Source: an uncultured cyanobacterium
Lineage (GTDB): Bacteria > Cyanobacteriota > Cyanobacteriia > Cyanobacteriales > Nostocaceae
Length of the DNA stretch: 64,000 nucleotides
NCBI GenBank assembly: GCA_963740315.1
Contig: CAVUDP010000003.1
Span: 1 to 64,000 of the forward strand
Reading direction: 5' to 3'
The translations under genes were made by a program, and so were the position numbers. Below, piece by piece: positions 39,862 to 50,123 of the stretch. A model generated the notes under the pieces. That model saw only the letters and a program-made list of their open reading frames with translations, was not told the origin of the DNA and ran no database searches. How positions within the stretch are numbered: the stretch's first letter is position 1; the number at the start of each line of letters is the position of its first letter.

Positions 39862-41832
39862 ATGAAAATAAATCTACTAGTTTCTGCTAGTGGGGTAAGT
39901 TTGCTGTACTTACTCGCCGGTTTCTCGTCGGTGAAAGCATTCGCTGTGGAAAAAACCAGCAACAGCCAAGAAATAAATAGTAATGAATTGTTAAGTGCTT
40001 CAGAAATATTATCCGAGGAAATTCCATCCGCCAAGACAATTATTACCGCAATAAATAATCAAGTTCCGCTTGATGTCGGTAGCAACTCCCTAAACGAAAG
40101 TGCGATTAGCGAAGCTAGACGCTTTGGGCGTATCGCGCAACCAAATAAACAACTTAATAAACAACTTAATAAACAACTTAATAAAAACCACGTAATTACT
40201 CAAGTTCCTCAAAACCAACCAGAATCAACCCCATCGGAAGGACAAGTTACATCGGTTTCCCAACTATCCGACGTACAGCCCACCGACTGGGCTTTTCAAG
40301 CATTGCAATCCCTCGTAGAACGATATGGTTGTATTGCCGGATATCCGAATGGCACCTATCGGGGCAATCGGGCAATGACTAGATATGAATTTGCGGCGGG
40401 ATTGAATGCCTGTCTCGAACGGGTTAATGAGTTGATTGTCGCAGCAACTAGGGATTTGGTGACAAAAGAAGATTTACTTGCCCTGCAAAGACTCGAACAA
40501 GAGTTTCAGGCAGAGCTAGCAACCTTACGCGGTAGGGTAGATACTCTGGAAGCTCGCAGCGCCGAATTAGAAGCAAATCAATTTTCCACTACCACCACAC
40601 TCCAAGGAGAGGCAATTTTTGCTGCGATCGGTGCAACTGGTGGTGCCCCCGGTAGTAACGATCCTAATATCATCCTCACGAATCGGGTAAGGTTGAACCT
40701 GAATACCAGTTTTACCGGCAAAGACTTGTTAATTACTGGGTTGCAAGCCTATAACTTCGGAGGTGGTGTGGATGGTAGTGGTAGCCTACAACAAGAATTA
40801 GGATTGACAGCACCAGGAGTCAACTTAGCGGCAAGTAGCGCTCGCACGGGTATTGAACCGCAATTTCCCGGCTTCACTCCCAAAGATTTATCTTCTAAAG
40901 GTGCTAATAATGTGGAACTGTACAAACTTCTGTACATCTTCCCCGTAGCCAATAAATTAACTTTATTTGCTGGTACTGCTGCGGAAGTTTCCGATGCTTT
41001 CCCTGCGATTACTCCCTTTGCAGGAGAAGGGCAAGAGGCAATTTCCCGCTTTGCTGGCTTAAATCCCGTACTCCGGGTTTCTGGTGGTACTTCCGGAGCA
41101 GGTTTAGCATCGGCAGCAGGTTTTATCTTTGCTCCATCCAAAAGCCTTGATTTTCGCGCTCTCTACGGTAGCGTTAATGCCAATATTCCCAGCACTGCTG
41201 ATGATATTCTCCCCGGAGTTTCTGGTACACCTTTAGGTTCGGGTTTGTTTGGTGGTAGTACCGTTGCGGCAGCCCAACTTACATTTAAACCCAGCAGTGC
41301 GATCGATATTGGTTTGAACTATGCCAACAGCTACCACGAAATCAATATTTTGGGTACGGGATTAGTGAGTACCGATACCAACGCTTTAGGCTTGGCAAAT
41401 GGAGATTTGGCGATTCCGGTGAAACTCAACTCCGTCGGTGGTACCCTAAATTGGCGTTTTACTCCGAGTATTGCCCTATCCGGTTACGGTGCGGCGATTT
41501 TCGTCGATGATTCCTCCGGTAGGGTGGATGCTTCCACCACCTTCACCAGTTGGATGGTAGGATTACACTTCCGGGATCTGATCAAAAAGGGCAATACCGC
41601 CGGAATACTTTTCGGTCAACCTTTATACCGTACAGAAGCTGATGGTGATGCCAATTTAGCCGCTGCGGGTGTCGATCGCACCACTCCCTACCATTTGGAG
41701 GCTTATTACAAATTTAAGGTAAACGATAATATCAGTATTACCCCTGGTGCATTTGTGTTATTTAATCCAGAGGGAGATGACAACAACGACACAACCACAG
41801 TAGGTTTGTTGCGTACTACTTTTACTTTTTAG
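39862..41832 (+). CDS. SLH-domain outer membrane porin (cyanobacterial OprB-like / iron-uptake porin family)
   Basis: SDVQPTDWAFQALQSLVERYGC SLH domain, coiled coil, FSTTT, C-terminal LRTTFTF. Confidence 0.95.
   Translation: MKINLLVSASGVSLLYLLAGFSSVKAFAVEKTSNSQEINSNELLSASEILSEEIPSAKTIITAINNQVPLDVGSNSLNESAISEARRFGRIAQPNKQLNKQLNKQLNKNHVITQVPQNQPESTPSEGQVTSVSQLSDVQPTDWAFQALQSLVERYGCIAGYPNGTYRGNRAMTRYEFAAGLNACLERVNELIVAATRDLVTKEDLLALQRLEQEFQAELATLRGRVDTLEARSAELEANQFSTTTTLQGEAIFAAIGATGGAPGSNDPNIILTNRVRLNLNTSFTGKDLLITGLQAYNFGGGVDGSGSLQQELGLTAPGVNLAASSARTGIEPQFPGFTPKDLSSKGANNVELYKLLYIFPVANKLTLFAGTAAEVSDAFPAITPFAGEGQEAISRFAGLNPVLRVSGGTSGAGLASAAGFIFAPSKSLDFRALYGSVNANIPSTADDILPGVSGTPLGSGLFGGSTVAAAQLTFKPSSAIDIGLNYANSYHEINILGTGLVSTDTNALGLANGDLAIPVKLNSVGGTLNWRFTPSIALSGYGAAIFVDDSSGRVDASTTFTSWMVGLHFRDLIKKGNTAGILFGQPLYRTEADGDANLAAAGVDRTTPYHLEAYYKFKVNDNISITPGAFVLFNPEGDDNNDTTTVGLLRTTFTF
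40100..40137. repeat. HIP1-embedded short dispersed repeat, copy 2, in frame inside the porin gene
   Basis: Encodes part of SAISEARRFGRIA; 27 bp longer than a plain HIP1 octamer. Confidence 0.9.
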
Positions 41833-41989
41833 GTACCTTCCCGGCTTTATGATTAGCTAATTTAGTGAGGGGGAAGAGGGGGGAGAGGGGGAACAAAATA
41901 ATTCTTAACTGCTAACTGCTAACTGTTAACTGCTCACTGCTCACTGTTAACTGGTAACTGGTAGCTGGTAACTGCTCACTGTTAACTGC

Positions 41990-44614
41990 TCACTGCTCGA
42001 CGATCATTCCCCGAACTAAAATCACGGTACAATCAACGCCGGATGCGATCGCTCCTGGAATATTGCCTTTGATGGCTTGTTGTAACATTCCTTCGCGGGA
42101 AGCACCTAAAATAACTACATCAGATTCATCAGTTTTTACTAGGTTAATTATTCCTCGATCCACCGAATTGGATCTAAGAGGTACGGTTGTTATTTGATTA
42201 GGTAACTTATAGATATCAATAAGCTGATGCCTAGCCGCTTGCAATACTTTTGTATCCGGTTCGTCAGATAAAGGAAACACTTGTGTAAGATCGATTTTTA
42301 ATTTCTTGTTTGAAGCAGCTAAAGCAGGCAATAATTTAAGCGCTATTTTTGAATTTGGTCCTCCAGCCATTGGTACTAAGCAACTATTAAAACTAGTTGG
42401 AATCAAAGAATCCTTCTGTAAGTTTGTGTTTAAATCTTTTCCTAACTTTACTAACATTACTTCACAGCTAGCTTGGCGGATTATGGTGTCTACAACATTA
42501 CCAAAGATACGACCGGGGGTAGAAGTACCACCTTTCCACCCCATTAAAACTGTATTTATATTTCTATCTTTAATAGTTTCTAAAGTTGCATTGGCGACAT
42601 TATGAGCAACTCGGATTTGCGTGTGTACGGGAACTTGCCATTTTTTACCCATTATCTCCGCAGATAATAATAAGGCGCGACTTTGTGCTGTTTTGACGGG
42701 GGTTTCCGCTGGTTTATTATGACTAGAAATGGTAATTACTTGCAAACATTCAATTTCGTAGCGGTTATATTTAGCTATTGTTGCTGCTAGATTTAATAAC
42801 GTGTCTGCGCTTTCGGGGTTGGCAACTAAAACCAATAATCTGCCTCGCCCAACGCTCGGTGACTGAGTTTGATAAACCGTATAAGAAGGCTTTATTTTCG
42901 GTTGGTTGGGAGCGCTTTTACAGTTGAGATAGTTTGCTTCGGCTCGAATAATATCTCCCCGACTAATCATTCCTACTAGTCTTCTTCCTTCTAAAACTGG
43001 TAAGCGGCTAATTTGATGTCGGTCTAACAAATATAGGACGTTGCTTAAATTATGTTTAGCAGTAATCGTTACCGGATGGGATGTCATGATTTCACTTACA
43101 CCCGCATCTCTAGATAACTTTCCTTCCCTTATTTTCATCAAATCGCTTTGAGTGATAACACCTACCAGCTTTGTATTATCTAATACGGGAAAGCCGCGTT
43201 GGGTAGAATGAGAAAAAGCCTGTATTGCTTCATCTACGGTCATTTGTTCTTGCAGAGTTTCCACCTGACGCTGCATAACTTCTTGTGCGGTTAAATTAAT
43301 GAATCTACTATTGACAGGCATTTCTGTATCAATATCAATACCATTTAATTGCAAAAGCTTGGCATATAGCGAACCCGGTATTAATTTATCGGCAACTAAA
43401 TAAGATGTTACACAACCAATCATTAATGGTAATACCAGATTGAAATCTGTAGTAATCTCAAAAATAATCATAATTGCGGTAATTGGGACTTTAGAAACCG
43501 CGCTAAAAAAAGCTCCCATGCCTACCAAGGCGTAAGTATTGGGGGTACTGAACCCCAAAATTTGGAATTCAACAACGCCAACTAAATATCCCAAGCAAGA
43601 ACCTAGAATAAGACTGGGAGCAAATAAACCTCCTGGCGCTCCCGAACCAAATGCTACTAATGTCAGAATAAATTGAGCAACAAATACTAGCGCGACTCTA
43701 TAAATGCTTGGCTCACCGTCAATAATAAATAGTCGCAAACCAGTATTATTGCGAAATCCTTCGGGTAAAATCGCGATCGCAATACCACAAATCAAGCCAG
43801 CTAAAGCTATTCTAAAGGGCAAACTTACACCCAATTTTTTATAATAGCTCAGGCTTAAAAGTAAACCTTTTCTGAATAATGCAGCAAGTAAACCTGCCAA
43901 AATACCCAAAAGCAAGTAAAAAGGAAGTTCTGTAATTATAAAACTGCTTTTCGACTCTATTAATTCCAGGTTGAGTTGCAAACTTCTACCGCCCAACAGC
44001 CGAGAAAGCACCCCACCAATAAATGAGGCGATAATGGCAGTTCCCAGAGTCAATCCCGACAAATCCTGGAGTAATTCTTCGACAACAAATAATATACCCG
44101 TAATTGGAGCATTGAAAGCCGCCGCCAATCCCGCACCCGCACCCGCCGCGATCATTTGTCGGCGATGATCCGGAGAAGTGGGAAACACGCGACTCATTCC
44201 CGAAGCTAAAGCCGCGCCAACGTGAACGGTAGGCCCTTGTCTTCCCAGAGTCATTCCCGAACCCAAGGTAAGAATAGTGCTAACCAACTTTACCAACGCT
44301 ACCCGCCAAGTTAATTTGATCGGTATATTCGCCAGAGAAGCTTTCACTTGAGGAACACCGCTACCACTTGCCTCTGGTGCTAAATTTTCGATCAAAAAGC
44401 CAGCCAAAAAACCAAAGCTAGCACCAATTAACGGTAAAGCTAAAAACGCTGGGATTGCGTAAGAAGAATTGACTCGAAACGTTCCCAACCATCCCGAACT
44501 CGATCTGAGAAATATTGCGGATAATGCCGCAACTATTCCAATAACACAAGCTTCTGCAATTGCTAAACCTCTTCTTGGCTGCCAGAAATCGCGAAAGTAT
44601 TTATTCAGAAACAT
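41990..44614 (-). CDS. ClC chloride channel/antiporter with CBS pair and two USP domains
   Basis: GSGVP, GRQGP and GGLFAP ClC signatures; CBS domains; C-terminal USP-like domains. Confidence 0.93.
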   Translation of the reverse strand: MFLNKYFRDFWQPRRGLAIAEACVIGIVAALSAIFLRSSSGWLGTFRVNSSYAIPAFLALPLIGASFGFLAGFLIENLAPEASGSGVPQVKASLANIPIKLTWRVALVKLVSTILTLGSGMTLGRQGPTVHVGAALASGMSRVFPTSPDHRRQMIAAGAGAGLAAAFNAPITGILFVVEELLQDLSGLTLGTAIIASFIGGVLSRLLGGRSLQLNLELIESKSSFIITELPFYLLLGILAGLLAALFRKGLLLSLSYYKKLGVSLPFRIALAGLICGIAIAILPEGFRNNTGLRLFIIDGEPSIYRVALVFVAQFILTLVAFGSGAPGGLFAPSLILGSCLGYLVGVVEFQILGFSTPNTYALVGMGAFFSAVSKVPITAIMIIFEITTDFNLVLPLMIGCVTSYLVADKLIPGSLYAKLLQLNGIDIDTEMPVNSRFINLTAQEVMQRQVETLQEQMTVDEAIQAFSHSTQRGFPVLDNTKLVGVITQSDLMKIREGKLSRDAGVSEIMTSHPVTITAKHNLSNVLYLLDRHQISRLPVLEGRRLVGMISRGDIIRAEANYLNCKSAPNQPKIKPSYTVYQTQSPSVGRGRLLVLVANPESADTLLNLAATIAKYNRYEIECLQVITISSHNKPAETPVKTAQSRALLLSAEIMGKKWQVPVHTQIRVAHNVANATLETIKDRNINTVLMGWKGGTSTPGRIFGNVVDTIIRQASCEVMLVKLGKDLNTNLQKDSLIPTSFNSCLVPMAGGPNSKIALKLLPALAASNKKLKIDLTQVFPLSDEPDTKVLQAARHQLIDIYKLPNQITTVPLRSNSVDRGIINLVKTDESDVVILGASREGMLQQAIKGNIPGAIASGVDCTVILVRGMIVEQ

Positions 44615-45002
44615 ATTGCAGCATTACTAATTCGTAATTCTCCTGTAACTGCACCTTTACGAGTAAACGTAATTTGTAATGATGAAAAAATATATTTATT
44701 CCAATAAACGAGCCATTTTTGTATCTATTTCGCCTATGTTGGCTAAAATCCCCAAAATACTGTTATTAATTAATCTACAATATTTTTTGATTTAATAAAA
44801 GTAAACTTAAGAATAGCATTGAGGAATTTTAGTAATAGTAATATAGAATAACATTCTCTTCTGTTGTAAGCAAAAGTAGTTGAGAAATAACCAATTTATT
44901 AATAATTTGTTACTTTTAATTATTTATACCTTTATATATGAGAAAATTTTATTGATAATTACGAATTACCTTCACCCTGGGAGGGTAAAGTTTTAAAACG
45001 AA

Positions 45003-46301
45003 TTACGAACTATTTTTACCAGTACTAGATAATCCATCAACTATCAAAGATGGAGTATAACAAGAGCCATTCCAATCAGCATCTCCACCGAGTTTAATTA
45101 ACTGTTTTAAAGCTGTATAAATATTGCCAGATACCATCGTATCTTTAACACGTCCGGTAACTTCACCTTTTTGGACGCGATAACCCAAATCGATATTGAT
45201 AGAAAAGTCACCGGAAATGCCGCCACCTCCGCCAAGCATCTGGTCTACAATCAAACCGTTATCCATTTCTTTGATTAATTCTTCCAAGCTTCCAGTTCCT
45301 GGTTGTATGAGGAAATTAAATAAACCAGGAGTCGGGTAACTACTTAAACTAGGACGAAAACCATTACCAGTAGTCTCCATTCTCAACTGTTTCCCCGTAG
45401 CGCGATCGCAATAAAAATGTTGCAATATTCCGTCTTGAATAAAAATCAACTTGTGGGTGGGAGTACCTTCATCATCAAAAGGACAACTATAAGGTCCGGC
45501 AGTTGGATCTTGATAAAGAGTAAGGTGCGGTGAAACCACTGGTTTATCGATACGTTCCCCCCAAGGAGAAGAACCTTCTAACACCCGTTTACCGTTGAGT
45601 GCGGCGATTATAGTACCCCAAAGCATATCAGCAGCCTTAGAAGTAAACAAAACTGGGATGCGGTTATTCGGTGCAGCTACATTTGATTGCGCCCAATTTA
45701 ACCGCTGTATAATTTGTTGAGCTAATGTATCGGGATCGAGTTTACCGCGTTCGGTTTGACCATCCGCAACGCTTAAGAAATCATCTCCTCGTACCCATTC
45801 CGCCGAAGTATAGCAGCTGAGCGTTGTATCGGTATAGTGAGAATCCAAACCCTGAGTATTAATTAATCTCGTGGTTTCTACATCGCATTCCCAATCACCA
45901 TTACAAATAACATCCGGGTAGACATCGCGAATCAAACCAATAGTTTGCTTACCCCATTCCACCAGCTTTTCTGGCGGTACATCTTCACCCAAATTCGGAT
46001 AAACAATTTGAGAATCGCCAGTTAATTCCGCTTCTTGGGGCTGATTTAACTGACTCAAAGCGATCGCGCGTTTAACCATCGTCTGTGCTTCCACCGGACC
46101 ATTTGCCACAGTAAGTCCCGGACGACCTTGATACCATAATCGTAATGCAGTCCCCGTGCTTTGATTGCTTTCAAGTTGTTTCAGACGATTCGCTTCAAAA
46201 AACACTGGCTTTGAGTGCGATCGCGATTCATAAACCTCAGCTTCAGTTGCACCAGACTTTATAGCGACTTCCAAAAGTTGCTCCGCCAAATCATTAGTCA
46301 T
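45003..46301 (-). CDS. pmbA: PmbA/TldE family protein
   Basis: PFDDEG, TTGNG, SGDFS and VSGN motifs; lacks the HExxxH motif. Confidence 0.88.
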   Translation of the reverse strand: MTNDLAEQLLEVAIKSGATEAEVYESRSHSKPVFFEANRLKQLESNQSTGTALRLWYQGRPGLTVANGPVEAQTMVKRAIALSQLNQPQEAELTGDSQIVYPNLGEDVPPEKLVEWGKQTIGLIRDVYPDVICNGDWECDVETTRLINTQGLDSHYTDTTLSCYTSAEWVRGDDFLSVADGQTERGKLDPDTLAQQIIQRLNWAQSNVAAPNNRIPVLFTSKAADMLWGTIIAALNGKRVLEGSSPWGERIDKPVVSPHLTLYQDPTAGPYSCPFDDEGTPTHKLIFIQDGILQHFYCDRATGKQLRMETTGNGFRPSLSSYPTPGLFNFLIQPGTGSLEELIKEMDNGLIVDQMLGGGGGISGDFSINIDLGYRVQKGEVTGRVKDTMVSGNIYTALKQLIKLGGDADWNGSCYTPSLIVDGLSSTGKNSS

Positions 46302-46400
46302 TAGTTGTTAGTTGTTAGTTGTTAGTTGTTAGGAGTTAGGAGTTAGGAATTAGGAATTAAGAGTTAATACTTGTCCCCTTGTCTCCCCCGAACCCCCGAA

Positions 46401-46515
46401 CCCCCGCTCGCCGCACGCTCCGCGTGTTCAGCGCGGCACGACTCGTTAGAGTAACGGGTTGCGCCACTTCTCTCAACGGTCGTGTTCCTCCGCACGTTTT
46501 GGGCTTACCATCTCC
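46401..46515. repeat. 115-bp GC-rich dispersed repeat, copy 2
   Basis: Identical to 31304-31418; here embedded in CCCCGAAC STRR. Confidence 0.9.
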
Positions 46516-46601
46516 CCCGAACCCCCGAACCCCCTCTCCCCCGAACCCCATCCCCCCATCTCCCCCTCTCCCCCGAACCCCCGAACCCCATCCCCTCTCA
46601 A

Positions 46602-47459
46602 TCAAATTTCTTTTAACAACCAAAACCCAGCAAAGGATTCGGAATTGGGATCTGACTGTACTCCAATAAAGTGAACGCCGTTAGCTTTTTGTTTGGCTTG
46701 TTCAAAATTATTTGCTTCTGCTTGCATTTGAGGATTTTTAATATTTGCCAAAATCCAGCTTTCAGTTGCACCCGTTTCTAAAATTAATCTTGGTTGCTTG
46801 GCAGTATCAAACCTTAACCAAGCTAATTCTAAACCAGACAGCCAGCCAGCTATAGGTAATGCTCTATTTGTTGAGTAAATCAAAACGCCGGGAATCTTAG
46901 TTTCAGGTTGTATTTGGGCTAACTCTAAAGGAAAAGCTTCGCCAAAATCAACATCCCACTCTGGCATATCCGCAAAATCAGCAGCACTTAAGGTAACAAA
47001 TCCTAATTGATCTCCTTCCAAAGCATCGGGTAAACGTTGAGGTAAAGGAGCATCCAATCGCACTGAGGGATTAGAACCACCTTGAAATCCCGGTTCTTGC
47101 GGATACACGGATTCCATCCGCTGTTGCAGCAATTGGTTGAGCGCTAATGTCCGACGGCTTGGTTGTGCCGGAATGCCGATGTCAAGGCAGGCTTTAGTAA
47201 TCATATTGTTCATTTGGCGGCGGAAAAAGCGGATTTTTACTGGCGCTTCTCCTGCTTTCTCTATTGCTTCTTGCAACGCCGTTTGCAACCATACGGAGTT
47301 AACTGTCGCACTCGAACAGTATTTAGCGTAATGAAATAAAGAATCAGTTTTGGTGCTTGTATCTAAAGGAGTTTCACAAATCAAGACTTCCCAAATTTTC
47401 TTATTATTTTCATCTAAAATTGGACGCGAGTAGTAATCGAGTTCCCAAATGCTGCCCAT
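46602..47459 (-). CDS. Tab2/Atab2 family RNA-binding protein
   Basis: WELDYYSRPILDENNKKIWEVLIC, FFRRQM, FAGFWLL. Likely start MGSIWELD at 47459. Confidence 0.92.
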   Translation of the reverse strand: MGSIWELDYYSRPILDENNKKIWEVLICETPLDTSTKTDSLFHYAKYCSSATVNSVWLQTALQEAIEKAGEAPVKIRFFRRQMNNMITKACLDIGIPAQPSRRTLALNQLLQQRMESVYPQEPGFQGGSNPSVRLDAPLPQRLPDALEGDQLGFVTLSAADFADMPEWDVDFGEAFPLELAQIQPETKIPGVLIYSTNRALPIAGWLSGLELAWLRFDTAKQPRLILETGATESWILANIKNPQMQAEANNFEQAKQKANGVHFIGVQSDPNSESFAGFWLLKEI

Positions 47460-47714
47460 ATTATGCCGAAATCCTAAGTCGCACTTTATATCTATTTTCA
47501 TGATACGAGTCTATGGGCAACTGTTGAAGGGGCGAGCGTCGGCTTTAACTCGATTTTAAATGGTTAATTTGGGATCTGAGATTCCAGCCAAGCAATAAGT
47601 AGGAATATTACGGTTAAAAATATTTGTAGTAAAAAAGATAAATTATATAAATTATTACTTTTCTTTTGGGAAATATAGATCATAAGCAATACTAATCATA
47701 TAGATATAGATAAA

Positions 47715-50000
47715 ATGATACTTTGCAATAGTGCCAGCCAGCCTTTCGATTTAGCTATAGTTATGAAAGCTTTAGAAGCCATACAAAGCGAAATAAATTT
47801 GGAAAATCTACCTCCCAGGGTGCTGCATATTATTTTAGAAAATGCTGGCGCTCAAAAAGGTTGTTTGATATTAGAAAAAGACAAACAATTTTTTGTAGAA
47901 GCAATTGAGAATAACGAAAAAAGCAATCAAATTATAGCTCGATCGATGACCGTAGCTGAATGCTCAGATATACCTCAAAAGATAATCAATTATGTTATCA
48001 AAACTCAAGAACTTTTGATAATTAAAAATGCAGTAGATTCTATTTATAATCAAGACGGTTACATTAAAAAATATCAATGCAAATCGATTCTCTGCCTGCC
48101 GATTGTATTTAAAAGCAACTTTATTGGTATCTTTTATTTAGAAAATAATTTAACAACAGACGCATTTACTCCAGAAAAATTAGAATTTATTAAAATATTT
48201 GTTTCTCAAACTGCTATTGCCATAAAAAACGCTCGTTTATTTGCCAGCGAACAAGAAAAATCGCGAATTCTTATATTTAGAAGCGAAATTGATTCAACAT
48301 TAGCAAAAAGCCACGATTTGCAAAAAATGCTGCAACAATGCACGGAAATTATCGTATCTTACTTAGATGTAGCATTTGCAAGAATTTGGACTCATAATCC
48401 GCAAGAAAAACTATTAAATTTGCAATCCAGCGCTGGAATTTATACGCATATTGATGGCGCACATAGCCGCATACCTGTAGGTAAATTTAAAATTGGCTTA
48501 ATTGCACAAGAGCGTAAACCTCATATTACTAATTCAGTGCAAACCAATCCAAGAGTAAGCGATAAAGAATGGGCTATTCGTGAAGAAATGGTAGCTTTTG
48601 CTGGATACCCGTTGATAGCCGATTCAGAAGTTATGGGTGTCGTCGCGATGTTTTCCAAACAGCAATTAAATCAAAATACCATCGATTTATTAAGTTTCAT
48701 TGCTGGAGAAATTGCTGTTGCAATTAAACGTAAACAGATAGAAGAAGCTTTACAACAAAAAGAAGAACAATACCGCAGCATTTTTGAAACCGTAAATGAT
48801 GGACTTTCAATATTTGATTTAGAAACTGCTAAACTTGTGGCTGTAAATCCGACAGTATGTCAAACGTATGGCTATTCAAGTGAAGAATTTCTGACTTTAG
48901 AAGCCTCAGACTACGTTGATGCAAATTATCTCTATTTATTTAAAGAATTTCTTGAAACGATTAAAGCTGGTAAGGAATTTTATTGTCAAGCTGTTTGTAT
49001 TCATAAAAACGGTACGCTATTTGATGTTGAGGTAAAAGCCACAGCTTATATTTACAATGGAAAATCTCATGCATTAACAATTACCAGAGATATTAGCGAT
49101 CGCAAACGCGCCGAAACAAGATTAAAACAGCGCACGCAAGAATTAGAGCAAACTTTAGTAAAATTACAATCGACTCAATCACAACTGATCCAAACCGAAA
49201 AAATATCTCAACTCGGACAACTTGTTGCTGGTGTTGCCCACGAAGTAAATAATCCCGTTGGTTTTATTTCTGGTAATTTATCTCATGCAGAAGGATATAT
49301 ACAAGATTTAATTAATTTACTAAATTTGTATCAACAAGAATTTCCCAATCCTGGAAACGTTATTCAAGAAGAAATCGCAGCAATTGACTTAGAATACTTA
49401 CTCGAAGATTTGCCTGCAATGATTTCTTCAATGAAATTGGGTGCCGATCGCATTAAGGATATCATGCTATCGTTACGCAACTATTCCCGTACCACTTCTG
49501 ATGAAAAGAAAGCCGTAAATTTACATGAAGGTATCGATACTACCTTGATGATTTTATCTCATCGTCTGAAAGCAAAACCAGAACGTCCAGCAATTCAAGT
49601 TGTAAAAAAATATGCCGATTTACCTTTAGTTAAATGCTATTCCGGTCAAATTAACCAAGTATTTATGAATTTGTTTTCTAACGCTATTGATGCTTTGGAG
49701 GAATCAAACCAAGGCAAAAGTTATGAAGAAATTAATCAAAATCCTAACATAATTACAGTCACTACCGCCGTCGATGTACCTTGGGCAAATATAATCATTG
49801 CAGATAACGGAACGGGAATTCCGACTCAAGTAAAACAAAAATTATTTGATGCTTTCTTCACTACTAAGGTAGAAGGAAAAGGTACTGGCTTAGGATTATC
49901 AATTAGTTATCAAATTATCACAGAAAAGCACGGTGGAACTTTAGAATGTGTGTCTTCGCCGGGGAATGGAGCTAAGTTTATTATCCGGATTCCGCTTTAA
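47715..50000 (+). CDS. GAF-GAF-PAS sensor histidine kinase
   Basis: Two GAF domains, a PAS domain, H-box AGVAHEVNNP, NAIDA, DNGTG, GTGLGL. Confidence 0.93.
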   Translation: MILCNSASQPFDLAIVMKALEAIQSEINLENLPPRVLHIILENAGAQKGCLILEKDKQFFVEAIENNEKSNQIIARSMTVAECSDIPQKIINYVIKTQELLIIKNAVDSIYNQDGYIKKYQCKSILCLPIVFKSNFIGIFYLENNLTTDAFTPEKLEFIKIFVSQTAIAIKNARLFASEQEKSRILIFRSEIDSTLAKSHDLQKMLQQCTEIIVSYLDVAFARIWTHNPQEKLLNLQSSAGIYTHIDGAHSRIPVGKFKIGLIAQERKPHITNSVQTNPRVSDKEWAIREEMVAFAGYPLIADSEVMGVVAMFSKQQLNQNTIDLLSFIAGEIAVAIKRKQIEEALQQKEEQYRSIFETVNDGLSIFDLETAKLVAVNPTVCQTYGYSSEEFLTLEASDYVDANYLYLFKEFLETIKAGKEFYCQAVCIHKNGTLFDVEVKATAYIYNGKSHALTITRDISDRKRAETRLKQRTQELEQTLVKLQSTQSQLIQTEKISQLGQLVAGVAHEVNNPVGFISGNLSHAEGYIQDLINLLNLYQQEFPNPGNVIQEEIAAIDLEYLLEDLPAMISSMKLGADRIKDIMLSLRNYSRTTSDEKKAVNLHEGIDTTLMILSHRLKAKPERPAIQVVKKYADLPLVKCYSGQINQVFMNLFSNAIDALEESNQGKSYEEINQNPNIITVTTAVDVPWANIIIADNGTGIPTQVKQKLFDAFFTTKVEGKGTGLGLSISYQIITEKHGGTLECVSSPGNGAKFIIRIPL

Positions 50001-50123
50001 TCATCTTGGTGGTGAATAGATTGGGAATAGGGCATTAGTAATTATTATTTGCTAGATCCACGGTGCGAAGTAACACAGTAACGGTAAAATAATCTGTATT
50101 TGTCTAGCATCACACATCGAATT

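Noticed and set aside
40749..41141. Antisense ORFs within long genes (this one, 13195..13524, 42306..42605, 57609..57929 and others)
   Set aside because: Shadow ORFs overlapping well-supported genes, with no independent evidence.
46357..46674. Pro/Gly-rich ORFs here and at 27863-28209 and 33203-33391
   Set aside because: Derived from STRR and dispersed repeats in intergenic DNA.
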